From contig CM007989.1 of assembly GCA_002189035.1 (NCBI GenBank), positions 7,254,001-7,318,000 of the forward strand: DNA of 64,000 bases. Direction: 5' to 3'. Source of the stretch: Utricularia gibba. Its lineage: Eukaryota; Plantae; Magnoliophyta. Shown here one piece after another: positions 1 through 12,483 of this stretch (positions within the stretch are counted from its first letter, which is position 1; each line of letters opens with the position of its first letter). Below the pieces are notes generated by a model. It saw only the letters and a list, made by a program, of their open reading frames with translations, made no database searches and was not told the DNA's origin. Position numbers and translations under genes: made by a program.

Positions 1-3000
1 GATTAGCAGCAAGCAGAAGTGTCGACTTGTAACGTTCATTTTTATCTGCTTCAGATTCAGCACCCTCCTGTGCCACAAGTGGAGAGGTCTGGTTTGATTT
101 TGTAATGTTTTCAGAGTACAGCGGGGTATACTGCTGTGGCAATGAAATGCCTCCACTAACAGGAGCTTGATTTGACAATCCCATAGGATACGCAGGCTGT
201 TGAGTATAGGATGAGTTATACAATATTTGAGCATCCGTTCGATCATCTTGAGCTGCAGGGACAGAACCAATATGTAATGGATTTGAAGCTGGCTGAGAAA
301 TAGACGATGCTACGCTATGCGTCAAGGCCGTGGAGCGCTCATCAATTTGGTTATATGAATACATAGGCATGTTGAGCTGGTTGGCAGAACTTGAAACCGC
401 AGGAGCCTGGGCAACTTGCAGATGTTGAAACTGCGAGCCAAACTGCTGTTCATGATGCCAATGGCCTGTATTAGGCTCAACTCCAGAGGCAGCATTTGGT
501 GTTGCAACAGGCACTGAGGAATTATGCTGCAAACTGGAAGTGTTTTTAACTGGCAGCAAGGAAGATAATGTGGCAATGAGCTCAGGCGTCAGTGATATGC
601 CAACTTGGGATCCTGCTGTAGTTGTGGAGACTGGTTGTGCAGGTAACAATCCAGAGACAGGAAGAGGAGCCCTTGGAGGGACTGTGGCCTCCTCTACCGG
701 AGCCTGAATAGAATTGAAGGATACAGGCCTTTCTTCAGAAGGAAAATTGGCATAACCCCTTTGCAGCTTTGTCATGTTACGTGGATCAGACTGTGAAAGA
801 CGGAAAGGTTGCGGGTTTACGGACATAACATCAGGCACCGCCGGAGGGAACTTTAAAACAACCCCATACAGGCGTTCAGGGCCAGAAACCTTGAGCACCT
901 TCGACAGAAAAGTAGATGGAGGTACCAAGAAAAGTGTGGTGCCATCATCAAACTTAGCAACTCCAGCCCGATCATTTGAGCCAAGATATCTCAGGAACTC
1001 TGTATATGAGGCGAAGTCGTCCTCACTGTCAGGCAGGAAGAAAACAACGTCGAATCCTATTGCATCCTCATAATGCTTGGCGAGTAGATCCAAACCAGTT
1101 CGTGCAGAGCAGTTAACCATCTTTGGACTGAAATACAAAAGAGGTTCATAGGTCATACGAGCATACACAATAAAATATTGAGGCGGGACAGGTTAAAGGA
1201 AGCTTTTTCTGTGGGGGCAGATACCATCTGCTATAAAAGAAAATCGTGTGGTGTGCCGGGGCTTGGGGAAGAGTTGAGAAAACTGCATAACCATGTGATA
1301 AGCCCAACTACGGATAACTAGACATCTTCTCTGACAAGTTTTGCTTGCCAGAAAGGGAAAAAAAAGAGTAAATAAAGTATAAAGACAGCAGCTGTAGTAC
1401 TTACATATCAGAATCCAGCCCTTCTCCAATGGCAACACATCTAGCATGGCAAACAGGTGTACCACCCTTCGCAATTAGACCACGCCATATGCAATCACCA
1501 TCAGAGTGGCGTCTTCTAGGTGCAACCATAGAACTTAGAGATTCGATATTATTTGGTGGATAAGAGCCATATTCCCCATCCACAGCTCCAGGAGAGGCAG
1601 CTTCAACCCTAACCCTTTTAGGATCCCTGCTGAGCAGGTTAGCCTCATGGACATCCCATAACCAGATGCAGGTCTTTTTGACACGTTAAACCCGAGTTTT
1701 GCAGAGCCAGCTATTCCATTAGTGGGAGAAGCTCTCCAGTTTGCTTCCCCCATTAGCAACTGGGGCCCACCGTTTTGCAATTTATGAGCAGCTGCTAAAT
1801 CGAGAAATTCCTGACCATGAAGGGGAGGTTTAAAGGCCCCTGGGACATCAAAGTTGACTGCACATACACATCAGGCTCATGGATCCCAAGGGGTAGAAGA
1901 CCAGGGTTGTTTCCCTGGGGAATAATTCGATTGAGAGCAAAAAGATCAACCTGGCCTGGTTGAATTGGATATTCACTAATTGGACCCCTTGCAAAAGGCT
2001 GCTCAGGAGCAAAAAAATCAATTGAAATCTGAGGATCACTAAAGGGCTTTTTTGCTTGCAAGCCTTCTTTTGCACGCCTGGCTTCCTCAGCGCTTCTGAA
2101 CTCAACAAGCGCACAATTTCTGTCACTAAATATTCTTATATTCTCAATTTCCCCAAACAAAATCATAGCATTGTGAAGCATATCTTCTGTAAAGACAACA
2201 GATGGAGGATGCTGGATCAACAACACATTGCTAACAGATAAATATCCTTGTTGTGGCCCGACAGGGAGTAATGGCAGCTGAGGACAAGGAAGATTATGAA
2301 CATATGAGCAAGAACTTATCATAGAAAATTTGAAACGTTATAAACCATCATAAAAAACTCATTATCTTACTTTGATGAAAGGATTACTCTCCGCACACTA
2401 GATATGAAATAGTTTAGCCAAGAAATGAAATGAGCCAAACAAAAATTAGAGCACATTAATCAGAAACCACCATTATTTAACCCAAGCTTATAAACCGCTG
2501 TATGCATGAATGGCACACTTAGCTCAATTGTGGTTATAGCTTCAGAATAACTACACTTACTCTTTTAGCAGATTGAGATCTAAGATAATCGACACGAAAC
2601 TGCGAGTTACCAAATCTCTTTCCATTCAAATTCTTTAGTGCCTCTATCGCATCTTCCAGTTGAACATAATCAACAAAAGCAGTGGTGCCATCTTTGAGGA
2701 ACCTAAATTCCTGGATTCTTCCGTGTTTTAGGAAAATTTTCTCCAACTCATCCCTTGGGTCTGAAGGGCTGATACCACTTACCCATAAACTTTTACATGG
2801 TTTAGTCTGCAAGTAAAACTTAAAGCATTTCAGGTTGGGAACAGTAAATGAAAGAAGAAGGCATTACTAAATTTGCAATGATCCTTCTCACTCAACAATT
2901 TTTTCAGTTTGAGGCATGCAAAAATAAGATGCCAATTGAAGTTGGCATACGAAGGTATGCCGAACGCCCAAAAAGAGTTGATCGAGCACAGATATCAAAA

Positions 3001-4298
3001 TTGTCATATAACATACACAAATTTTGGACGTGTTGAAGAGCTAATAGTCATCTTAATATGCCATATGCCTATCAATCTAACCAAGACATGCTGATGTACG
3101 AGCAAAATAACAGAGATAAAAATGATGATACGAACATGAAGATCCAAATCATTAAATAAGTGAAGCACAAATGGTTCTTGCATAACTCATGCACGGAAAC
3201 CTCAAATTGGAAATACTGATTACCAAAGCAAAATGTTCATGCTGCTGATTTAGAAAATACACACATTTTAATATAAAGCGCTTGTACTCATAAGTCATAA
3301 CGATAACCACATAAAACTGTCAATTATTGTTGAAGGGCGCCCATTCCTTGGTGGTATCAGTAACTCTGAAGATGTTAATCGCATCTAGAGTTTCCAGTCC
3401 ACACAAACTGACCCCAAAACATAAAACATATAAACTCGGGTTTGAAAAATAGCATGATCACCACAACCCATTTATCCACCTGTTTAACACCGCAGAATGA
3501 GAAAAGGAAAAAAGATTGGAAAGGTTTCGTGCTGTTTAACAAGCACCAACACCCGAATTCTACGCATCACGGAATGCAACTTGTCAATTCTTTCCACATC
3601 GTGAGGTAGGTTAACGTCAGCAATCTTATGGCAAAACTCAGGACCCTCAAATCGCGCATGATTAGGATCAAAAAAAATCGATCAGGACCCGATATCCCTG
3701 ACGTTACAGGCAACTGTCTATACGTCGATCCAAGAACGATTAGCTATTGCACGAAACTGATGTTTCAAGACGCACGAAAATAACCATAGGAGTCGCTTGA
3801 AATGGATTTCGGGGCTTCACTTTGGAGCTTTTGTTTCACTTTACTCTTGAGATCTATCGCATACAGAACCTAGAGACTTTCACACAAAAAAAAAGATGGG
3901 TTGGGAGAAAGACCATCGAAAATCCCGTTTCACGTCACAAGGGAAAAGAAACTCAGCAAATCATTCAAATTAAGCAAGAGCAAGAGAGTCGAAGGTAAGA
4001 AAAAGACAAAATGCATGAGAAAAAGGGAAGTTTCATAAACCGGTCTCGCAAATTCGATTTTCAAATGTTTCCCACGGAGTGCGAATCCCTGGAGCCCCTC
4101 CTTCGCAGATTTCGCATCCTCAACTTTGGTAAAGTACACGAATGCGTAGTTCCGCGACGCATGTGCGCTGACGCTTTCAACCTCGCCGTACTTCTCTAAC
4201 AGCGCTTTCAATTCCGCTTCACTCACTTCCGGCGACAGATTCCCAATCCATAAGTTTACAGAAGGCGGATTCCCTCCGACGATACCCTCCGCCGCCAT
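1..4298 (-). CDS. FPA: Flowering time control protein FPA (3 RRMs + SPOC domain); 3' end runs off the left edge
   Basis: RRM1 [22 protein letters not shown] (exon 4298-4041), RRM2 [14 protein letters not shown] (exon 2806-2561), RRM3 [52 protein letters not shown] / [36 protein letters not shown]-terminal [15 protein letters not shown] at the edge. Two -1 frameshifts in G/C runs (~1822-1840 and 1655-1657). Confidence 0.93.
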
Positions 4299-5016
4299 AG
4301 AAGACGAGATTTCCTATCCGCAAGCAGCACAAATTGGATGAATGCCGATCCCCCACGGAAACACCAATTAGGGCGGACAAATTCCGGGTACCGCTGTATA
4401 AATATATTCAATTCCACTGTCGTAACGGGTCGGGTTTAACATCCGCACCGAACTCGTGAAAGTACTACAAAACAATGCCCGCACTCCTCCCATATCCAAA
4501 TTTCAAAATGAAAAAATTAGCAGTGCAAGGGGAATACTATTTGCATTTGAATGAAAGTTCAAATGATTTAACACTTCATGGGTGAAATAAAATATAGATT
4601 ATTAAAATAATTTAATTTAAATTTATATAATATTAATAATTAAGTATAATTAATCATTCCATCATTCTTGAAGCATGGGATGACGATGAGGAGGTTCTAA
4701 GACAGTTCGGCATGAACGTGGCATGGGAGCCGTGGATAGGAATGAGCAGACTCTGCGAAGGCTATAAAAGGCCTTCTCTGCCTTGGGGAAGGCCGAGTCA
4801 CTAAGTTTTGTTCACTTGCAGATTCATGGCTGCTGCTTAAGCCTTAAGGTGTGGATATCTATGGAATGTATGGCTCCGCATGCAGTTTTTGCCTTCTGTG
4901 TCAACTAACTGGCGGTGGAGTCCGGTCGCAAAATCTTCTTGATTTCCTGTACATGATCGGGGCGTCTCTCCAGTATATGTACATAGAAGAAGAAAACCTT
5001 TCAAGGCCCCGGTGGG

Positions 5017-7150
5017 TCAATGTTTCACCAACATTGCATCTGATCTTCTCTTCCTGGCAGCATGCTTTAGTTTCTCCATGGCAACGAGCCCAACTTGCCT
5101 GACCCTCTCCCTTGATAAACCCATCCTAAAAACACAGATAGAGAATTGACTCTAGTGAATTTTGTGCTTGTTTAAGGTGTGCGGTGCCTACCGTCTGCTG
5201 ATATCTTCCCATGTGAGGCATTCATGGTCAATGCCATAGTACAGACGGATGATCTCCCTTTCCCGCTCTCTTAGTGTGGACGTGATGAGTTTATCCACTT
5301 CATCCTGTAAAAGGAAAAAGCAGAAAACATCAATAAGTGGATACACCAAACACGCCATGGGAAGACTGATAATTTGCTTATATTTAAATACCTTGAGTGC
5401 CCAGTTATCAAATCCGTGCCAAGGATTGTTGTTCATTTGGGTATCCGCAATATACTGACAACATGAAAGGAGATAGGATTAGAGGTGGCTTATTGAAGGG
5501 GTAGGTCATTCGAGTACTAGTACTCCTTTATTCACTCACACTGTGATGAGTTTCTCCTGGAAGGCCATTCTGCGAGGGAACGCTTCCGGTCGAGAGAGAA
5601 AACTTTGTTGATCGCCTGAAGACATGGCAGTCACAGATTAGGTATCTGTGTCTAAAATATGACCGATTTTGATCCATCTCCTACATGAATCTTAAAATAT
5701 AATTACCTCTGTTGCATTCCTGATCTTCTTTTCTGTCATTTTTAGGCATTCTGCAATTTTCTGAAGTATCATATGGGTTAGACCCTATAAATTACAAAGG
5801 TCTACATAGCATGAAATGAAGAAAAGGAAGCCAAGCTTTACCGGAATGGTCGGAGATATTCCTTTTTCTGCTAGTCTCGCTTTTGCACTTCTAATCAAAC
5901 TTAGTCTCTCGTGCACATGAGTCGGTAACCTTAAGGTTTTAGAATTCTCCATCAAAGATCTTGAAACACCCTGGAAGGCAGTTACCTCAGTCATCATTTA
6001 CACAGAAAGGAAGAGAGCTTGTATTCAAGGCTGTGCATTTTTTATGATCTGATCTCTCACCTGGCGAATCCACCAATAAACATATGTTGATATCTTGAAG
6101 CCCTTCGAGGAATCAAACTTCTCAATTCCTCGGAGTAACCCAATCAAACCACCCTGCAGAATTGTCAACGATCAATCTCTCATTGTTATCGGAACCGGAG
6201 TATCAACTCGTTACCTGAACCAGATCTGCCATTTCAACGCCCATATGATCATATTTCTGGGCTATTGACATTACTAAACGAACATTGCTCCTAGCAAGCT
6301 TCTCTATCGCCAGCGTACTCTCGGTCAGTTTCGTGTATAAATCAGCTCTGCTGATTCTCAACGAACAAGCTAGCTGTTCGTCTGAAGGATCACATCCGAG
6401 TCTCTCCTTCAGCCTGTAAATTTACATCTTTAGTATAAGCAAAGTGCCAGAGCCGATACCATTGAAGCAAAGCCCGTGACTTTTCCCATACCTAGACCTG
6501 TGTTTTTCAATCATGAGCCCCGTCTTTATAGTGTGAGAAAGATGAACGACTTGAGAATGAGTGAGTAGCTGTTCACTCACGACCCCCTTCATGTATCCTC
6601 CTCGCGGACGATTGTAAAGCAAGCCTGGATTTATGCCCAATCTCCCTTGTTTTCTCACCTTTACTTGGGAACTTGGAATGCTTCTGCCCACTTGCCGTTT
6701 CATCGAATCCAATCTCCGCCGACGGGCCGACGTTCTGGAGCCGGTGACTACTGCTTTAGACTGATCCACCTCATTAGTGGTGTTCCATCTCGTCTCCATA
6801 GACAGATTCCACTGCTTCTCGAGCAAAGATTTCTGCAAAAGAAGTATAGAATCTACGGAACAGTCCGATTCTGATTCAGCTGTAAATTGATCCATCCACG
6901 ATTCCGATGTACACGTCTTAGTCGGACTAGCTTCCACATGTTCTCGCAAAGCCGTAGCCAACTGCGGTCGTCGCCGCCTCCTTCCTCGATTCGCTCCTAC
7001 CTCCGACGATTTGGAGCAGACGGAATGGAAGGCCGGCGGATCAACCGAGGAAACAAATTTATCCACTGAATCGGAGTAGAATAAAACGGAACCGAAGAAG
7101 AGGCGCTTGCTGGTACTCAGGCCGAGCACGGCGGTGGCAGCCATGATCAT
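5017..7150 (-). CDS. SIG1: Plastid RNA polymerase sigma factor 1 (SigA)
   Basis: N-terminus MIMAATAVLGLSTSKRLF; sigma70 regions SNVRLVMSIAQKY, GGLIGLLRGIEKFDSSKGFKISTYVYWWIRQ and MGLSRERVRQVGLVAMEKLKHAARK; stop TGA at 5017-5019. The exon near 5540-5615 is 2 nt short because of two single-base deletions (5576-5578 and 5586-5587). Confidence 0.92.
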
Positions 7151-7656
7151 GAGCTCGGAAACAACACTCGAAATGCCGCGAATTGGTTGCAGGGACAAGC
7201 GTTTGAAACCATTGATGAAGTCTGGAAGATCTCCAAATGATCCTGAATGATCCTCGTGGCGCGGGGATTATCGATAACCATTGGACGGTGTAGATATCGT
7301 GATGGGCCCCGGCTATCCAACTCCACACGATATGCCACCTCGGAATTTTATCAAAAAAAAAAATCAATAGAAATTATTTTGAAGCTGTCGTCCAGTGGAC
7401 GTGAACGCACGGAATAAACCCCCGGACGAAGCCATAGCCTCTTCATCTCCAAGCCCCATATTGCCGAAGCAAGTACAAGAATCGAATACAAGAGCTTGCA
7501 CAAGAGAATGGAGAGAAAGGAGCATCCGTACGAAGCACAAGAATCTGACTATGGAACACAGGGGGGCAGTCTGGAAGCTTCCACAGTAGTCTAGAAATCC
7601 TTTGTACAGAGAAGGAACATTCACATGAAAGCAGCCACTCCAATTATACTGCATAC

Positions 7657-10091
7657 TTAGGAGATGAATGCTTTCACCAAATCAGAGTAGTTGCAAATGA
7701 AACCAGTTCTTGGGCATGTAATCGTTCCGTTATTTTGTTTCGACATTTCGTCGAGTGCCTGCAGATTAAAAAGAGTGAGGATTACTAAGAAGCTGGATTT
7801 TGAACCAGTGGCGTGGGAGGCTGTGGTACCTTGGTGCTATACACGTAGCCATTTGGCAGAACAAGAGGGGGTTCTCGGTGTCCATCACTTGCTTGCTGAT
7901 GTAGCAGACGAGCTTGGAGTGATGCTGCTTTGAATAAGGAAGTGGTGCAGCTAGTTGCCGGAAGCCCTCCTGCGATAGAGGATCCTCTTTTGTGCATTCT
8001 CCTTCATAACAGAAGCTAAGTTATGTCAAGGGAAAACTGGGAGGGTAAGGATGTATGCTGTAAAAATTGCTGAGAGGAGAGCATCCGGTGACTCTCTAAA
8101 CACACAAGATGATGAACAGAGTTATCAATGCTAGCACTACGTGAAGTTAAGGATACGGTGTTTTTAGTGCCGATAAGCCTGCTTGCAGAAAAATATTCAA
8201 CAATGGCTCAACAGTCATCCCATACAATCTGCAGAACTCTTGCTTAAATTGGTCAACAACGAAATCCCATTGCTTCACATCAAACAAAACCTGCACGATA
8301 AATCACAATTGGGTTGCATATTTATAAAAGCTTTGTACCGTGAATAAAAGCTTAGAGAAACTTGATGGAATGAAAAGAAGATGACTTCAGACCTTGTAAG
8401 TTGGACATTCGGAGTTACTTCTAAAAGCAACTGTTGCAAAGACACGCTGAAATTCTTTCATGTGGGTAGCTGCCCAAGGTGCAAGATGCCTTCGAGCATA
8501 AAGTATAGCTCCCATGCTGTCTTCAGCTCTTACCAACTCAATGTATTCTTGCAATCTTAAATGGAACTCGAGTTTGCTCTGCACCAGTTTACAACATCAG
8601 CAAAGCTTGACAGTCGCTTAAAAAATTTAGCAATGAAATTCGTGGATCCATAATAATAAAGACAGGAAAAGTAGCCAGTTATTAACAGAGAGACTATGGT
8701 TCAAAGGTTTAAAAGATATGCAAACATGGCAGCGCATATCAACTTATCTAAAAAGGTTTTCAAATGCTTTCAGTGTAACTAAACAATAACATAAAACAAA
8801 CAGATATCTTCCATCACAAACAGATACAACGCACAAAGCATAAAAATGAAGCTGGAAAGGGTATAAAATGTATTTGCCTTGGACTTCTTTAATTTGGATT
8901 TATTATCGGCGCACCACAATAGAGCAGGGGCCAATTCCTTCTTTTGAAGAGCATCAATCACTTTTTTAGCTTCTTGAAACACTTCTATATCAACAAGATC
9001 CTGCCAAGACAAATGACATGAAATGTGGATCACAGCACGCACAAACAAGAACAAAATTTTTCCTGCCATAGCAAATGCAAAAATGAATTGAAGAAAGAGA
9101 AAACCTTTGACATAAAATGGACAGGAAAACACTTCGCAAGTTAGAATGATAGAGAAATCTTTTAATAACCTCAATGCCACTGCTCTCTGCGAGCTTGGAA
9201 GCAGAGTTATAATAAGACATCCTTAGCATGTAATCAACAAGTATCCTATTCAAGCGTTTGGTGTTCCACATGAACAAATTGTCAACTTCTGCAGATTCTA
9301 AGTGGGCCAGCCTCGTTCGACACTTTGTTGCTTGCAAATGCTCTACTCGATTCCCCGCTTCCAACTGAAACGAATAAACGCAAAGCTTAATCTTTCAAGA
9401 AAAATAACCCCTGAAAGCTTTGTATTTGAACTGATCCTATAAGTTAACAAGAGCAAAAATACAACCCTCCAAAGAAGAGGTATCTTCACTGAACAAATGA
9501 TGGGCATTCAAGAAGCCACCAAGGGTCAAATCATAAACTCTCGATGAAAAATTTACGTAGTGATAACATCTTTGACAATAAAAAGCCCAATCGGGCCAGT
9601 GACAAGAAAATTGTGTAGAATTCCATTCGAAATATACCACCGCAAATCCCTATCCCAGAACACTAAAAGAAACTGTCCATCATGACAAAAAATCGGAGGC
9701 AAGGCATGGATACCAAGGGAACGAACTAAATTTCCAATTCCGATAAGAATCATCAAGAAACATAAACATCGCCACAAACCTTTCTCTTGAGACCCTGCAG
9801 TCGGAAGACGAGGGAATTGAGCTTTTGAACAGCTTCATCGCGTGATATTTGCGAATTAGACACCTCTGAAACTCCAGAAATGATAGCGGACGCTTCCTTC
9901 TCGACCGTACGGTGATTTGCGCGGATGATCTTCTTGTAGTTCTCGAAGGGGACGCGAACCAGCTGGTGCTCTAATTTCAGGCACTCCGCTAGACTCCCCA
10001 ATTTAGAAGGAGTTGCCGTTGCCGCGGAGACCGCGGGCGCCGGCGGTTCGCCGTTCAGGTGTTCGGCGTCCATTTCCATTGGAGCCGACAT
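7657..10091 (-). CDS. MAEA: MAEA/GID9 homolog (CTLH E3 ligase subunit; LisH/CTLH/RING-like)
   Basis: LKLEHQLVRVPFENYKK, WNTKRLNRILVDYMLRMSYY, SKLEFHLRLQEYIELVR, LPYSKQHHSKLVCYI..ENP(P)LVLPNGYVYSTK, ITCPRTGFICNYSDLVKAFIS*. One -1 frameshift in the 5-G run at 7867-7871. Confidence 0.92.
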
Positions 10092-10354
10092 TTTTCACCT
10101 CTGCCTCGCTGGAACGAAAAAAACTGTTAGAGAAAATCGGCATCGACAATTTGTATTTATAGAATATAAAATCTTACTTAAAAAATATCTTAATTCCCAT
10201 CGTGCAAAAAGTAAAAATAAGAGGTAACTTTGGGGCTGAAATCATATTTTCTAAATATGATGGTTGAAATACAGTAAGCAGTCAAACTAGAGGATTTTCC
10301 CTTCTTTGTGTTCTAGTTCGTATGCGTATTTTTTTTTTTTTTTAGATGTTAGGG

Positions 10355-12213
10355 ATGGATGCATCAAAAGTGGAACTGGTTTTGATGGCTTTAGACGCTG
10401 CTTTATCCCAAATCAAATGGAGGCTGAAGCCTTCATCGAAAAGGCGTCTTCAAATAGGTGATTATCCTACTTTAGTTGTCCTTGTTCTGAATTTCCTTCA
10501 TATGGGCAAAATATTTAAATGGTGTCATTCTTTATCTGTTATCCTAGTTTTGTTATTTGGGAGTTGAGAAATATTGGAGTTTTAGTCACTGGTTGTTGAT
10601 TTCTTTTCACAGATATATTGGCTCTATGTTCTAGAATGAGGCCTTGTGTCATGGTGGATTATGGTGGGAAGATGCCTGAATTGCAGGATCGTCTCTGTGC
10701 ACTTATTAGCTGTTGCCAGAAGGTTAGTATAGGGACGCCAGTTTTGCGGGTTTTCGAAAGAATGGTCTGAATTGAACATGCTTTCAATGTGAAGACAATG
10801 AATTTGTTCGGTTGCTCTAATGAATTTGTTTGGTTGCTATAAATGAATTTGTTTAGTTGCTTTTTTCAATCACTTATCCAGTATCCTCATTAGCTGCACA
10901 TGCCACCTAATCTTCCCTCAGGAGTCCCCAGTTTTTGGGCTTTTAAATGTGATGATCATAGGCGATATGGTTTACCTCATTCATGTCCAAGAGCTGAGAG
11001 ATTTTGTCACACTGAGTTTAGAAATGGAAACTTCTGTGCTGCTTGCGGATTTGGAACATGATCCCCCGAAGGTTCACACAGCATTTTTTTTTTTCATCCT
11101 CAAGATATCCTTCGGCATGTTTTGACCGGATTCCCTTGATTAGTGTGGTAATCTGCATTTCTTACAGTACTTTCATTATTCCAGATGATTACACCTGCTG
11201 AGAAGAACCATGCTGCTGAGCAACTTTTATCAGCACAGAAGTTGTTTATCTCTTTTTTTCAGCGAGATGGGGCGAACCATGATTACGTCATCACAACCCA
11301 ATCTTTAAAGTTCATTGATCTTAGTTGCTTCCTTGAGGAAAGTCAGGTCACGATCCCAACCCTCAACGGGTAAATCAACGTCTCTCATGTCATGTTGTTC
11401 CTGGAAGAGACTGACGTTTAGGCTAGAACCAGTACGTCTCTCGTTGCATTTTCATTTCAAGCATCCATTCTTTGTTTCTTTAACCTGACGCGATCTGAAA
11501 CCTTCGCGTGTGTATTCCTTCCTCCCATAGACGAGATTAGTAAAAAAAAAAGAACCTTTATTGCCTCGTAAGTTAGATGCAACCTTAGCTGGGTGTATGC
11601 TGTTTCTCTTATTGGATACATTTGATGTGGGTGTTTCATAATCGCATAGGTGGCTTCTCGGTTACCCCATCATTTACTTGTTCTCAAAGGATCACATTGA
11701 TGATGCTGTATATAACCTTTCGACCAAGTCTCTTCACATCTACCAGATTTTTGTTTCCAGGTTAGTTCGGACATTATGCTGCTATGTTTCGAAATGGATC
11801 ATAGCAGACAAATAGTTTCACCCGTTTTGTCTATCATGGCATAGGGTGAATGCATCAGGGAAAGGATATGTGAAGGAAGAATTACTGAGGTAAGAATTTA
11901 CACATTTTCCGTTCACTTTCACCAGTAAATGCTAACTGCCTCCTCTTGAACACTTAAAATCAACACCGTTGATCTTCTTTGGAATGCAGTGCCGACTATG
12001 AACATCTGAAGTCTTTCAGTTTTGTTTGACTCGATTCATCTTTTGTGTGATAGCTTTACTGTGCCCCATGAGTTGAGCAAGGGAGGAGCAGATGAAGCAT
12101 GGGCTAAGTCATTTTTGAAGAATATAAAAGTGAAGTGGGAGAGGTGCAATGAGGTATGGGGTTCCTTGGATATGGAGGTCACCTATTGTAATCCACAGGC
12201 TATTGCTCTTTGA
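10355..12213 (+). CDS. Conserved uncharacterised protein, DUF4504/UPF0739 (C1orf74-like)
   Basis: Seven exons splice into an intact frame with GT/AG sites: MDASKVELVLMALDAALSQIKWRLKPSSKRRLQID-ILALCSRMRPCVMVDYGGKMPELQ ... TIPTLNGWLLGYPIIYLF ... EELLSFTVPHELS ... NPQAIAL*. The family label comes from recall of the LLGYP motif. Confidence 0.7.
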
Positions 12214-12483
12214 CAAGCGCACATTTATGATGCATAGGCTGTGACATTTAAATCTCTCATACTTGAAATAAAACAAAGTCATCAAATTTGTTCCTTAAGT
12301 ATGCTCTCTAGTTTCCACCAAGGATCATCAGTTTGCATGTTCTAAAGATTATTCTCAAAGTAGCCTCTATATGTTGGTCTCATAATAGATAAGATGGAAC
12401 CATGAGCATCCATGGGCCATCCAACTTCTCCAACGGAATTTATACAGTCACACGAGAGAGAAGAGTCTGTACATATAACCTGC

